Shown here in pieces: positions 19,242 through 29,228 of a stretch of 53,817 bases of DNA. The notes under the pieces were generated by a model. It searched no databases. It saw only the letters and a list, made by a program, of their open reading frames with translations, and was not told the origin of the DNA. The stretch comes from Oscillospiraceae bacterium (GTDB lineage Bacteria > Bacillota > Clostridia > Saccharofermentanales > Saccharofermentanaceae). The DNA lies in the NCBI GenBank assembly GCA_902776845.1, contig CACYRM010000001.1, positions 1-53,817 on the forward strand. The letters are read 5' to 3'. The position numbers were made by a program, and so were the translations under genes. Each line of letters starts with the position of its first letter. Position 1 is the stretch's first letter.

Positions 19242-20213
19242 TCAGGTGTCTGATGACTCTGACGGATCATCATCGATATCGAAGATCGCATCGTTGTCTT
19301 TTTCATCCTTACCCCTGATAAATCTCATAACGACTTCTCCGGCATCGCTGGTCTTGACCTTTACGACCCGGACAAGGCGGCGCTCGTTTTTCTTAAAGGA
19401 TCTGACAAGCGAATACATCACATTTGTGGCCTGTTCCTTGGCGAGCCTGATGCTCTCCTTCTCTGCCTCGGTAAACTGATTGGCAAACGCTTTTTCCTCC
19501 GCCCTGTGCTGCGCGGCAAGTTCCCTCTCCTGTCTCCGGTTCTCGGAAAGGAGCTTCCGGTATTGTTCGTAGTGATTTCTTGTAGGTTCGCTTACGGTAA
19601 CAATAGTATCGACAGCGCCGTAGATCTGTGAGCCGATCATGTCAGATACCGCTTTGGTGCCCGTAACGACCTTCTCCATCGCCTGGAACTTCTTTCTGAA
19701 ACCCGCGATAGTGATAAGAGTCATGACCAGGTCCGTAATAAGAATGGCCGTAAAGAATACCAGGATGCCGATCCTGACCGGCATGCTGATATGCGAGATC
19801 AGCCACTTTACCGCCGGATGAAGGACATAGATACCCAGGGAAGCCGCGATACCCCAGTAAATAAAGAATCTGAGACAGATATATCCCCTGAAATTGAGTT
19901 TATAATCGGAATAATCCCACCATCTCATATGGAAGAGGTGGAACAGAATAACGCCTGCGATAAGTTCTACTATGGTACATGCGGCAGCCATTCCGAAAAA
20001 TATGATCATGAAGTTGTCCCTGAACGGTTCAAAGATCCAGATCGCCGCATAAAATCCCAGACCGTAAACAGGACAGAGAGGTCCTGCCAGGAATCCCCTG
20101 TTAATGAATTTTCCTTCGGTTATACCGTAATATATGACTTCAATGATCCAGCCTACGAAGCTGTAAATGAAAAACATCAGATAGGATTCTGTAAACGGAT
20201 AAGGCAGTGTCAT
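19242..20213 (-). CDS. Putative ABC-transporter-type permease (CmpB/DUF1113-like) with C-terminal coiled coil
   Basis: FFIYSFVGWIIE, NRGFLAGPLCPVYG, WWDYSDYKLNFRGYICL. Confidence 0.8.
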   Translation of the reverse strand: MTLPYPFTESYLMFFIYSFVGWIIEVIYYGITEGKFINRGFLAGPLCPVYGLGFYAAIWIFEPFRDNFMIIFFGMAAACTIVELIAGVILFHLFHMRWWDYSDYKLNFRGYICLRFFIYWGIAASLGIYVLHPAVKWLISHISMPVRIGILVFFTAILITDLVMTLITIAGFRKKFQAMEKVVTGTKAVSDMIGSQIYGAVDTIVTVSEPTRNHYEQYRKLLSENRRQERELAAQHRAEEKAFANQFTEAEKESIRLAKEQATNVMYSLVRSFKKNERRLVRVVKVKTSDAGEVVMRFIRGKDEKDNDAIFDIDDDPSESSDT

Positions 20214-20821
20214 TCTTTTCTCGACCTCATGACCCTGTAACCGCCGTCTATCGACAGCGTCTCGCAGTTGCCGAACAGTCCGTTAAGCTTTTCCATCGTT
20301 GAAGGCGCGCCCTGTTTGCGCTGAAGAACAACATAGAGATAACCGCCCGGATTCAGCAGCTCATATGCCTGCTCATAAAAACCGAATACGGTCTTCTTTC
20401 CCGCCCTTACAGGCGGATTTGTCGCAATGATATCGAAATGCTCCTCCCTTACCGCGAAAAGGATATCGCTCGAAAGGAATCTGCAGTTAACGCCGTTATT
20501 GACAGCGTTTTCCCGGGCAAGAGCCACCGCTCTTGAATTGATATCGACGCCTGTTACATCAAAAGCCATAAAGCATGACTTGATGACTATTCCGACGATG
20601 CCCACACCGCATCCGAGGTCTGCAAAACGTTCCATCTTGGGTCCTCTTGCCTTGATATCCGCAACAAGAGTCTCGATAAGAAGATTTGTTCCGAAGTCAA
20701 CATTGTTCCTCGAGAACACGGATGTATCCGTGAAAAACTCGAAGTTGATTCCGTTCATCCTATAGGGAATCACTTTCCTGTCAGAAGCAGTCGTGGGATT
20801 AGGATCAAAATACTGTGTCAT
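20210..20821 (-). CDS. RsmC/YbxB-like class I SAM methyltransferase
   Basis: VFSRNNVDFGT, DLGCGVG, TNPPVRAGK, QRKQGAPS. Confidence 0.88.
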   Translation of the reverse strand: MTQYFDPNPTTASDRKVIPYRMNGINFEFFTDTSVFSRNNVDFGTNLLIETLVADIKARGPKMERFADLGCGVGIVGIVIKSCFMAFDVTGVDINSRAVALARENAVNNGVNCRFLSSDILFAVREEHFDIIATNPPVRAGKKTVFGFYEQAYELLNPGGYLYVVLQRKQGAPSTMEKLNGLFGNCETLSIDGGYRVMRSRKE

Positions 20822-21347
20822 AGCAATTTATTCTTAAACCTGTTTTATCCAAAGTCAGCATAAGCGGTATTCCCAAAAGCGCAAGAAGCACCGCTTCGCT
20901 TCCGGCAACCGAGAGCATACTTATGTATACAGCCTCAAATGTAACCGTGCTCCCGGGATCCACCAGAAGGAATGGAAGATACCCGCCTACGATAAGTCCG
21001 TTAACTACGACCGGAGGAATAAGACCCGGCCATTTGTTTATCTTACCGATAAAGTAAGAAAGAATCCCGGCTATAAGTGTGGCAAGTGTTCCTCCGATGA
21101 TATCCACAGGCCCCAGATTGCCCGGATTTATAAGATTTGCGATAAAGCACCCCAGCGTTACGCCCGGTATCATCCTCCAGGAGAAAATGGGTAAAACCGA
21201 CAATACTTCAGCTATCCTGACCTGGATCGGACCGTAAGCGATATTTGCGAACGGAGCCGTGAAGACAACATATATAGCGGCAACAATCCCGTTAAATACA
21301 AGGAATCTGATCTGTTTCCGGTTTGATGCCTGGGCAGAGTCTGACAT
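20805..21347 (-). CDS. queT: QueT-family ECF S-component (queuosine precursor transporter)
   Basis: AAIYVV, YGPIQVRIAEVL, GVTLGCFIANL, DIIGGTLAT; start uncertain (ATG 21347 or GTG 21353). Confidence 0.8.
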   Translation of the reverse strand: MSDSAQASNRKQIRFLVFNGIVAAIYVVFTAPFANIAYGPIQVRIAEVLSVLPIFSWRMIPGVTLGCFIANLINPGNLGPVDIIGGTLATLIAGILSYFIGKINKWPGLIPPVVVNGLIVGGYLPFLLVDPGSTVTFEAVYISMLSVAGSEAVLLALLGIPLMLTLDKTGLRINCYDTVF

Positions 21348-21349
21348 AA

Positions 21350-22309
21350 TCACATCATAGAACGGATAGTATCATTGATCTGAGCTATCCTGATGGTCCT
21401 TGCCCAGGGCATTTCCGGAGCCTGGATAAGACCCTTTGAAATAGCATCGGCGCAGCTCTCAAACTCATATACATACCCGTGATTGTAGTCTTTCTCCGCA
21501 TCGATCTCTTCGAGAAGAGTATCATCGGGTGAATAGACGGCGATCTTTCTGTAATTGTTGATGTTTGTAAGCTTGATCTTACCTCTTTCGCCGACGATAA
21601 CACCGTCCTTGTCGGTGTCGGCGCACATGGTAACATAGAAGTTGCCCAAAATGCTTCCGTCCTCGGATTCCATGGAATAAGTCGTATCCCTGTCTATTCC
21701 TGAGGAAAGCCTCCTTGCAAAGACTCTTGCCACTTTTATATCGTTACCCATAAATGAGAGCGCGAAATTGGTGGTGTACACTCCGAGATCAAGATAGCTT
21801 CCTCCGCCTAATACGGGGCTGTTGAGTCTGGGGACATTGGCAATGTCATAACCCAGATTGGCGGAAACGTATTTAACGGCTCCTATCCTTCCTTTGTTTA
21901 TCCATTCAAGCGCCTTCAGATGGAGCGGAAGATATGAAGTCCACATTGCTTCGGCAACAAACACGCCCCTGTTCTTCGCCTCGAAAAAGATACTGTCAAC
22001 TTCAGCTTTGCTCATCGCAAAAGGCTTTTCGATAAGGACATTTTTGTATTCCTTAATGCACATGATCGTATGTTCATAGTGATATGTGTTGGGAGTGGCG
22101 ATATAGATCAGATCGATATCATCGGATGCGGCAAGCTTCTCATATCCCGAAAAGACCTTGGCATCAGGACAATGGGCAGCGGCGAATTTCTTTGCTTTGG
22201 CTCTTTCCCTTGAAGCTACGCCTTCGACAACAACTTTCTTATTGCCTTTAAGGCTGTCACATACCTTTGCAGCTATCGTTCCGCAACCTAAAATTCCGAC
22301 TCTGAGCAT
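21350..22309 (-). CDS. Gfo/Idh/MocA-family oxidoreductase
   Basis: GILGCGTIA, YIATPNTYH, VLIEKPF, EAMW, GGGSYLDLGVY. Confidence 0.9.
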   Translation of the reverse strand: MLRVGILGCGTIAAKVCDSLKGNKKVVVEGVASRERAKAKKFAAAHCPDAKVFSGYEKLAASDDIDLIYIATPNTYHYEHTIMCIKEYKNVLIEKPFAMSKAEVDSIFFEAKNRGVFVAEAMWTSYLPLHLKALEWINKGRIGAVKYVSANLGYDIANVPRLNSPVLGGGSYLDLGVYTTNFALSFMGNDIKVARVFARRLSSGIDRDTTYSMESEDGSILGNFYVTMCADTDKDGVIVGERGKIKLTNINNYRKIAVYSPDDTLLEEIDAEKDYNHGYVYEFESCADAISKGLIQAPEMPWARTIRIAQINDTIRSMM

Positions 22310-22466
22310 ATATGGACCTCTTATTTTTATATATTATCAGCAACTCTCTAATTGTATTTAGCACGATACTTTGTGTCAATCTATGTTTTAGACAAGGCTT
22401 TTAATATAGACAACAGGTCTCCGTTACTATATTTTTATTGCGAAAGAAAGTGATAAGAGGGCCGTT

Positions 22467-23384
22467 GTGACCATAAATTTTTTGGACAGGTTATCCCCGC
22501 GCAAGAAAGGCATCGTCTATCTTCTGCTGTCTTCTTTTTCGTTTGCGTGCATGGCCCTGTTCATAAACCTTGCGGGTGATATGCCCGTATTCCAGAAGGC
22601 TTTCTTCAGAAACCTCGTGGCGATCGTAATGTCTTATATAATGCTCGCCAGATCTCCCGAGAAGTTTAAGATCAAAAAAGGTTCCCTGCCTTATCTGTTC
22701 CTGCGCGCGTCATTCGGCACGATAGGTGTCCTCGCGAACTTCTATGCGATCTCCAACACCAATATGTCCGACGCGATGATGCTCAACAAGCTCTCGCCGT
22801 TCTTCGCAATGCTGACTTCGATAATCGTTCTTAAGGAGGCAGCTGACGGATTCCAGTGGGCAGCTATCCTGACCGCTATCGTCGGCGCATTGTTCGTAGT
22901 TAAGCCCACGTTCCTGTTTGGCAGTCTCGGGATCAGCAGCGATTCGGTATTCCCTCTTGCCATCGCTTTAATCGGAGGTATCTGCGCAGGCATCGCTTAT
23001 GCTTTTCTCCGCAAAGCTACACTTAAGGGCGAACGCGGTATCGTGGTCGTTGCTTTCTTCTCGACATTTTCCTGCGTTGCCCTGATACCGTTCATCATAT
23101 TCACATATCAGCCGATCTCTATGCTCCAGTTATTCTTCTGCGTTATGACAGGCGTTGCGGCCTGCTTTGGCCAGATATTCATCACATCGGCTTACGCAGC
23201 ATGCCCCGCGAAGGAAATATCCATCTACGACTATTCGACCGTTATCTTTACGGCCCTTTTAGGTCTGATCTTTATAGGGGAGATCCCGGACTGGATCAGC
23301 ATAATAGGATACGCGATCATCATAGGCGCATCCGTATTAAACTATCTGTATAACAACAATTACCTGAGATTCAAAAAGTCCTGA
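22467..23384 (+). CDS. DMT/EamA-family transporter
   Basis: About 10 TM helices in two EamA repeats; FFRN, LNKLSPFF, SIYDY; GTG start. Confidence 0.88.
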   Translation: MTINFLDRLSPRKKGIVYLLLSSFSFACMALFINLAGDMPVFQKAFFRNLVAIVMSYIMLARSPEKFKIKKGSLPYLFLRASFGTIGVLANFYAISNTNMSDAMMLNKLSPFFAMLTSIIVLKEAADGFQWAAILTAIVGALFVVKPTFLFGSLGISSDSVFPLAIALIGGICAGIAYAFLRKATLKGERGIVVVAFFSTFSCVALIPFIIFTYQPISMLQLFFCVMTGVAACFGQIFITSAYAACPAKEISIYDYSTVIFTALLGLIFIGEIPDWISIIGYAIIIGASVLNYLYNNNYLRFKKS

Positions 23385-24022
23385 ACGTCTTTGAGAGAAG
23401 GCAGGATAACATCAGCAAGTCTCCTCATCTCGTCATCGGGCTGAATAATATCCGGCACCATTACCGTATAAAGTCCCGATGCCTTGCATGATCTTACCCC
23501 GTTGAAAGAGTCTTCAAGTCCAACACCCTCTTCAGGCTCTACGCCCAATGCATCACAGGCAAGAAGGAATATCTCCGGATCGGGCTTGGACCTGGTAACC
23601 TGATCTCCGCAGACACAGGTGTCAAAATAAGGCAGAGCACCCAGAGCCGCCATCTGCGAAGTAACCTCTTCCCTTGTGGATGAGGATGCGATGGCGATCT
23701 TCATGCCGGCTTTTTTCATTGAGCTCAGGAGTTCGATCGTGTGCGGCTTTAACGGAACTTTTCCCTCAGCAGCCAGACCATTATAGATCTTACGGAGCTC
23801 CCGCTCGTAACGGTCACCCGGCTCGCCATAAACCCGTTGGAACTCGTCGACAGTTGCCTTTTTGTTCTTGCCGATAACGCTGATGCCGTAGGTCACGATA
23901 TCAGCAAATCCGTACTTCTCACCTATTATTTCCCAGCACTTCAGGACTGTCCTCTCTGAATCAAGGATCAGTCCGTCCATGTCGAAAACAGCAGCTTTGA
24001 ATTGTCTGTTTACGGTCTCCAT
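23360..24022 (-). CDS. HAD-family phosphatase (beta-PGM/YfbT-like)
   Basis: FDMDGLILDSE, ASSS, KPDPEIF, EDSFNG; start overlaps the carB stop (TGATG). Confidence 0.9.
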   Translation of the reverse strand: METVNRQFKAAVFDMDGLILDSERTVLKCWEIIGEKYGFADIVTYGISVIGKNKKATVDEFQRVYGEPGDRYERELRKIYNGLAAEGKVPLKPHTIELLSSMKKAGMKIAIASSSTREEVTSQMAALGALPYFDTCVCGDQVTRSKPDPEIFLLACDALGVEPEEGVGLEDSFNGVRSCKASGLYTVMVPDIIQPDDEMRRLADVILPSLKDVQDFLNLR

Positions 24023-27000
24023 CAGACTTCCATTGTTCCTTCGAAGACCTTGGCACAGTTGCCTGTCATGAATACCGCATCGTCTGTATATCTGATGATG
24101 AGATCGCCGCCCTTGAGGATTACTCTGATATCTTCACCCTTCCTGCAGAAACCGTTCTCGCATGCCGCTACAACAGTTGCGCATGCACCTGTACCGCAGG
24201 CCATTGTCTCGCCTGAACCTCTCTCCCATACTCTCATCTTGAGTGTATGGTCATCGATAACCTTGACGAACTCTGTGTTAACTCTCTCAGGGAAGATATC
24301 CGTTGAGTATTCAAACTTGGGACCTATCGCGTTAAGATCCAGAACATCCACAAGATCAGTAAATACTACGGCGTGGGGATTGCCCATAGAAACAGCCGTG
24401 ATCTTATATTCATCGCCGTCTATAGTTACCGGAACGTTGATCGCGGTATCACCGGGGAGCGTGCATGGGATCTTCGGCGGATTGAGTTCCGCCTTGCCCA
24501 TGTCGACCTTAACTCTTGCGACAACGCCGCCTAATGTCATGAGCTCAAGAGTCTTGATTCCGCTCTTTGTCTCGATTTTCATGTGTCTCTTCTTATGTCC
24601 GCGCTCATCATACATGTACTTGGCAACGCATCTGATCGCATTGCCGCACATCATGCCTTCAGAACCGTCCAGGTTGAACATGATCATTTTGCAGTCGGCA
24701 ACCTTTGAAGGCGCGATAAGAACGATGCCGTCACCGCCTACACCGAAGTGTCTGTCACTCATGTAGACAGACAGTGACTCAGGCGAAGATACCATGCTCT
24801 CCATGCAGTCAATGTAGATATAGTCGTTGCCTGCGCCCTGCATCTTGATGAAGTTGATCTTACGTCTCTTGTCACGCATGTTGTTGATATCAACAAGCTC
24901 TGTGTTGATCTCGGAGAAGTGGCTCATGAGTGAATCAGCAAGAGCGTCTGCAGTATCGATAGCTGTAAGGCAAGGAATACCGAGCATAACCGCACGGCGG
25001 CGAAGCTTGACGGAGTCTCTTGCAGGGAGTCTTCCCTTTGCGGATGTTGAGATGATGTAGTTGATCTTGCCGCTCTCGATCAGAGACATTGTGTTGTTCT
25101 CGTCAGACTCGTGGATCTTGGATACGGCTGTAACTTCCATGCCTGCCTGTCTCAGAGCTTCCGCTGTGCCGTGTGTCGCATAGAGCTTGAAGCCCATTAT
25201 GTCGAACTTCTTTGCAATCTCGACGATCTCCATCTTGTCGGAATTTCTAACCGTGATGAATACTCCGCCGCGCTTGTACATCTTGTAGCCCGCTGCCACA
25301 AGGCCCTTGTACAAAGCCTCTGAGAGGTTTCTGCCGACACCTAAGACTTCGCCCGTGGACTTCATCTCAGGTCCTAACTGTGTATCAACGTCCGTCAGTT
25401 TCTCGAATGAAAATACCGGAACCTTAACGGCCGTATATGGTGACTGTCTGTAGAATCCGGTGCCGTAATCCATGTCTGCAAGCTTCGTTCCGAGACTTAC
25501 TTCGATTGCGACATCGACCATCGGAATGCCGGTAACCTTGCTCATGTAAGGAACGGTTCTTGAAGCTCTCGGATTGACCTCGATCACATAGATCCTGTTG
25601 TCCTTAACGATGTACTGGATGTTTACGATACCAGTTGACTTAAGGCCGTCGCAGAGCGCAATAGTAGTATCTGCAAGTTTCTTGTACATGTCATCGTAGA
25701 TGTGTTTTGCAGGATACATCGCGATGGAGTCACCGGAGTGGATTCCCGCGCGCTCAACGTGCTCCATAAGACCCGGGATGAGAACATCCTTGCCGTCATA
25801 GATCGCGTCAACTTCGATCTCTTTACCCTGGATGTACTTGTCGATAAGCACAGGGTTTTCGATACCCTGCGCGAGGATGATCCTCATGTACTCGTTAACG
25901 TCTTCATCGTTGAATGCGATGATCATGTTCTGACCGCCAAGCACATATGAAGGTCTTAAGAGAACAGGATATTCGAGTGTGTTTGCTGCCTTAAGAGCTT
26001 CATCCAGCGTAAGCACTGAGAATCCCTTAGGTCTTGCGATACCGAGGCGCTCCAGGAGTTCATCGAATCTTTCACGGTCCTCAGCCATATCGATGGAATC
26101 AGCAGAGGTTCCGATGATGTTAACATTATTCTCGGAAAGGGTTTTCGTGAGTTTGATGGCTGTCTGGCCGCCGAACGCTACAACAACGCCGAAGGGCTTT
26201 TCCTGATGAACGATATTCATTACGTCTTCAGGCGTAAGAGGCTCGAAATAGAGTCTGTCGCCCGTATCAAAGTCCGTGGATACTGTCTCAGGGTTGTTGT
26301 TTACGATGACAACTCTGTAGCCCAGATCTCTTAACGCATGCACACAGTGAACTGCCGCATAGTCGAACTCGATACCCTGACCGATCCTGATCGGGCCCGA
26401 GCCGAATACGATAACGGTCTGCTTGTCCTTATCGCCTGCTTTCTCGAAGTCAGCCTCATTCTCGCCGCCCTCTTCGGGTCTGTTGAATGTGGCGTAGAAA
26501 TAAGGAGTGTGTGCTTCAAACTCGCCTGCGCAGGTATCAACCATCTTGAAGGTGGGCTTGAGTTCGTATGTGACGGGCACACCTGTGATCCTTGCGATTG
26601 CTTTGTCTGTAAATCCGAGTTTCTTGGCTTTTACGTACTCATCGAAAGATATCTCTTTTCCGGTGATGGCTTTCTCAAAATCGATCAGGTTCTTGATCTT
26701 GGCAAGGAACCACATATCGATCTTTGTCTCTTCGTTGATCTTTGAGATCGGAACATCTCTTCTGATCGCCTCGGCAACATAGAAGAGTCTCTCGTCTGTA
26801 GGCGTTACGCAACGCTCCATGAGATCCTCGTCCGCGACTTCTTCCATCTTCTTCAGGTGGAGTGTATCAGCGGAGATCTCTGCGCCTCTTATGGCCTTCA
26901 TGAGAGCGCTCTCGAAAGAATCCGAGATTGCCATGACTTCGCCGGTTGCCTTCATCTGCGTGCCGAGATTTCTCTTGGCATATACGAACTTGTCGAAAGG

Positions 27001-28080
27001 CCACTTCGGATATTTGACCGCAACATAGTCCAGCGCAGGCTCGAAAGCAGCATATGTGTGGCCTGTTACCGCATTTACGATCTCGTGGAGTCTGTAACCT
27101 ATCGCGATCTTTGTTGCAACCTTTGCAATCGGATAACCAGTCGCTTTTGAAGCAAGTGCGGATGATCTTGAAACTCTCGGGTTAACCTCGATTACCGCAT
27201 ACTCGAATGAGTTGGGGTTAAGCGCAAACTGGCAGTTGCAGCCGCCTTCAACGCCCAGAGCTTCGATGATGTTAAGTGAAGCTGTTCTGAGCATCTGATA
27301 CTCTTTGTCCGAGAGCGTTACCGCGGGAGCGATAACTATTGAGTCACCTGTGTGGACTCCTACAGGATCAAGGTTCTCCATCGAGCAGACAGTGATAACG
27401 TTGCCGTCCTTATCCCTGATAACCTCGAACTCGATCTCCTTCCAGCCTGCGATACCTCTCTCAATAAGGACTTGCGTGATAGGAGACAGCGCTAGACCGT
27501 TTCTTGCGATCTCATGGAGTTCTTCTTCATTATTTGCGATACCGCCACCCGTTCCGCCTAATGTGAACGCAGGTCTTACGATTACCGGATATCCGATCTC
27601 ACCGGCAAAATCCATCGCATCCTCGACAGTCGTTACGACCTTTGAAGGGATGCAGGGCTGGCCGATGGCTTCCATAGTATCCTTGAACATCTGACGGTCT
27701 TCGGCCTTGTCGATACACTCCGGCGAAGAACCCAGGAGCTTGACGCCGTGTGATTCAAGGAATCCGTCCTTTGCAAGCTGCATACATAAAGTAAGAGCGG
27801 TCTGGCCGCCGAGGCCTGACAGGATCGAGTCGGGTTTTTCTGTCTCTATGATCCTCTTAACAGTCGTAAGCGTCAGAGGTTCGATATAGATCTTATCTGC
27901 CATCGACTTGTCGGTCATGATGGTGGCAGGGTTGGAGTTAAGGAGAACTATCTCAATGCCGTCTTCTCTTAGGGCGCGGCAAGCCTGAGTGCCTGCGTAG
28001 TCGAATTCCGCGGCCTGTCCGATTACGATAGGACCTGAACCGATAACAAGAACTTTTCTTATAGTTTTATCAAGCGGCAT
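24022..28080 (-). CDS. carB: Carbamoyl-phosphate synthase large subunit fused to C-terminal diaminopimelate epimerase (CarB-DapF)
   Basis: GSGPIVIGQAAEFDYAG, duplicated ATP-grasp domains and MGS domain, then in frame FIKMQGAGND, MCGNAIRC, SMGNPHAV, ERGSGETMACGTG. Confidence 0.95.
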   Translation of the reverse strand: MPLDKTIRKVLVIGSGPIVIGQAAEFDYAGTQACRALREDGIEIVLLNSNPATIMTDKSMADKIYIEPLTLTTVKRIIETEKPDSILSGLGGQTALTLCMQLAKDGFLESHGVKLLGSSPECIDKAEDRQMFKDTMEAIGQPCIPSKVVTTVEDAMDFAGEIGYPVIVRPAFTLGGTGGGIANNEEELHEIARNGLALSPITQVLIERGIAGWKEIEFEVIRDKDGNVITVCSMENLDPVGVHTGDSIVIAPAVTLSDKEYQMLRTASLNIIEALGVEGGCNCQFALNPNSFEYAVIEVNPRVSRSSALASKATGYPIAKVATKIAIGYRLHEIVNAVTGHTYAAFEPALDYVAVKYPKWPFDKFVYAKRNLGTQMKATGEVMAISDSFESALMKAIRGAEISADTLHLKKMEEVADEDLMERCVTPTDERLFYVAEAIRRDVPISKINEETKIDMWFLAKIKNLIDFEKAITGKEISFDEYVKAKKLGFTDKAIARITGVPVTYELKPTFKMVDTCAGEFEAHTPYFYATFNRPEEGGENEADFEKAGDKDKQTVIVFGSGPIRIGQGIEFDYAAVHCVHALRDLGYRVVIVNNNPETVSTDFDTGDRLYFEPLTPEDVMNIVHQEKPFGVVVAFGGQTAIKLTKTLSENNVNIIGTSADSIDMAEDRERFDELLERLGIARPKGFSVLTLDEALKAANTLEYPVLLRPSYVLGGQNMIIAFNDEDVNEYMRIILAQGIENPVLIDKYIQGKEIEVDAIYDGKDVLIPGLMEHVERAGIHSGDSIAMYPAKHIYDDMYKKLADTTIALCDGLKSTGIVNIQYIVKDNRIYVIEVNPRASRTVPYMSKVTGIPMVDVAIEVSLGTKLADMDYGTGFYRQSPYTAVKVPVFSFEKLTDVDTQLGPEMKSTGEVLGVGRNLSEALYKGLVAAGYKMYKRGGVFITVRNSDKMEIVEIAKKFDIMGFKLYATHGTAEALRQAGMEVTAVSKIHESDENNTMSLIESGKINYIISTSAKGRLPARDSVKLRRRAVMLGIPCLTAIDTADALADSLMSHFSEINTELVDINNMRDKRRKINFIKMQGAGNDYIYIDCMESMVSSPESLSVYMSDRHFGVGGDGIVLIAPSKVADCKMIMFNLDGSEGMMCGNAIRCVAKYMYDERGHKKRHMKIETKSGIKTLELMTLGGVVARVKVDMGKAELNPPKIPCTLPGDTAINVPVTIDGDEYKITAVSMGNPHAVVFTDLVDVLDLNAIGPKFEYSTDIFPERVNTEFVKVIDDHTLKMRVWERGSGETMACGTGACATVVAACENGFCRKGEDIRVILKGGDLIIRYTDDAVFMTGNCAKVFEGTMEV

Positions 28081-28081
28081 A

Positions 28082-29164
28082 TTAGTTGTCCCCCTTCTTC
28101 TCTGACATCATCTTAATAAACATATCGAAAAGGAATTCCGTATCCTTAGGTCCTCCGCACGCTTCCGGGTGGAACTGTACCGAGTATGCCGGCTTATCAA
28201 GATACTTTATTCCCTCATTAGTTCCGTCGTTTACATTAACGAAGAATTCTTTCGCTATTGAAGTGTCTATCGAATCGCTCAGCACCTGATAACCGTGGTT
28301 TTGCGATGTGATATATACCCTTCCTGTCTCAAGATTCTTAACAGGGTGATTTGCACCTCTGTGACCGTACTTGAGCTTGGAGGTCTTAAATCCGTGGGCA
28401 AGAGCCAGGATCTGGTGGCCTAAGCAGATACCCATTACCGGGATGCCGGAATCCTTGAGTTCCTTCATGGTCTCTATGGCCTTTACGTTATCCTCCGGAT
28501 CTCCCGGGCCGTTGGATAAGAAGATTCCGTCAGGAGCGATCTCCATTACTTTCGCTGCGTCCGTATCAGCGGGAAGAAGGTGTACTTCACAGCCTCTTTT
28601 CGCAAGCTCGCGGGAGATATTTCTCTTGATGCCGAAGTCGAACATTGCGACCTTAAACTTAACTTCATCTTTGGCTTCCACGATCTCCTCTTGGGCAGTT
28701 GTCACTTCTTCAACGGGGTCTTTGATCCTGTATGCCCTGATCTCATCTAATGAGAACTCATCGGGACGGTCGCAGATCGCGCCGTTCATCGTGCCGGATT
28801 CTCTTAAGCATTTTGTAAGAGCCCTTGTATCGATTCCTTTAATTCCGGGTATATTCTGTTCTTTCAGAAATGTATCCAGATCCTTTTCGCATCTGAAATT
28901 GGAAGGAAGCTCGCAGGCTTCTCTTACGATATAACCCGATACGTTTACTTTGCTGCTCTCCATGTCGGGTGTGATGATTCCGTAGTTGCCTATCAGGGGA
29001 AAAGTCTGGACTACTGCCTGACCTTTGTAGCTCGGATCGGTAAGTGTCTCAAGATAAGCTGTCATTGCGGTAGTAAATACTATCTCGGAAATGACGCTGC
29101 CTTCGGCACCCATCGCCTCGCCTTCGTAAACGTTTCCGTTTTCCAATACCAAATAACGTTTCAT
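28082..29164 (-). CDS. carA: Carbamoyl-phosphate synthase small subunit
   Basis: Start MKRYLVLENG with RBS AGGGGG; TDPSY, LSNGPGDP, GICLGHQ, QFHPEA. Confidence 0.95.
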   Translation of the reverse strand: MKRYLVLENGNVYEGEAMGAEGSVISEIVFTTAMTAYLETLTDPSYKGQAVVQTFPLIGNYGIITPDMESSKVNVSGYIVREACELPSNFRCEKDLDTFLKEQNIPGIKGIDTRALTKCLRESGTMNGAICDRPDEFSLDEIRAYRIKDPVEEVTTAQEEIVEAKDEVKFKVAMFDFGIKRNISRELAKRGCEVHLLPADTDAAKVMEIAPDGIFLSNGPGDPEDNVKAIETMKELKDSGIPVMGICLGHQILALAHGFKTSKLKYGHRGANHPVKNLETGRVYITSQNHGYQVLSDSIDTSIAKEFFVNVNDGTNEGIKYLDKPAYSVQFHPEACGGPKDTEFLFDMFIKMMSEKKGDN

Positions 29165-29185
29165 GTCTTTTAACCCCCTGTTTAT

Positions 29186-29218
29186 AAAAAAGGCTTTTCC
29201 GGAAAAGGAAAAAGCCTT
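29186..29218 (-). terminator. Terminator-like hairpin between thrC and carA
   Basis: Minus strand AAGGCTTTTTCC-TTTTCC-GGAAAAGCCTT then TTTT. Confidence 0.65.
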
Positions 29219-29228
29219 GAATTGCTGA

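Noticed and set aside
21347-22466. preQ1 riboswitch for queT
   Set aside because: queT directly follows the oxidoreductase with no leader, and I saw no preQ1 motif upstream of the operon
23360-23384. 25-bp convergent overlap of the EamA and HAD genes
   Set aside because: Short tail-to-tail overlaps are common in compact genomes
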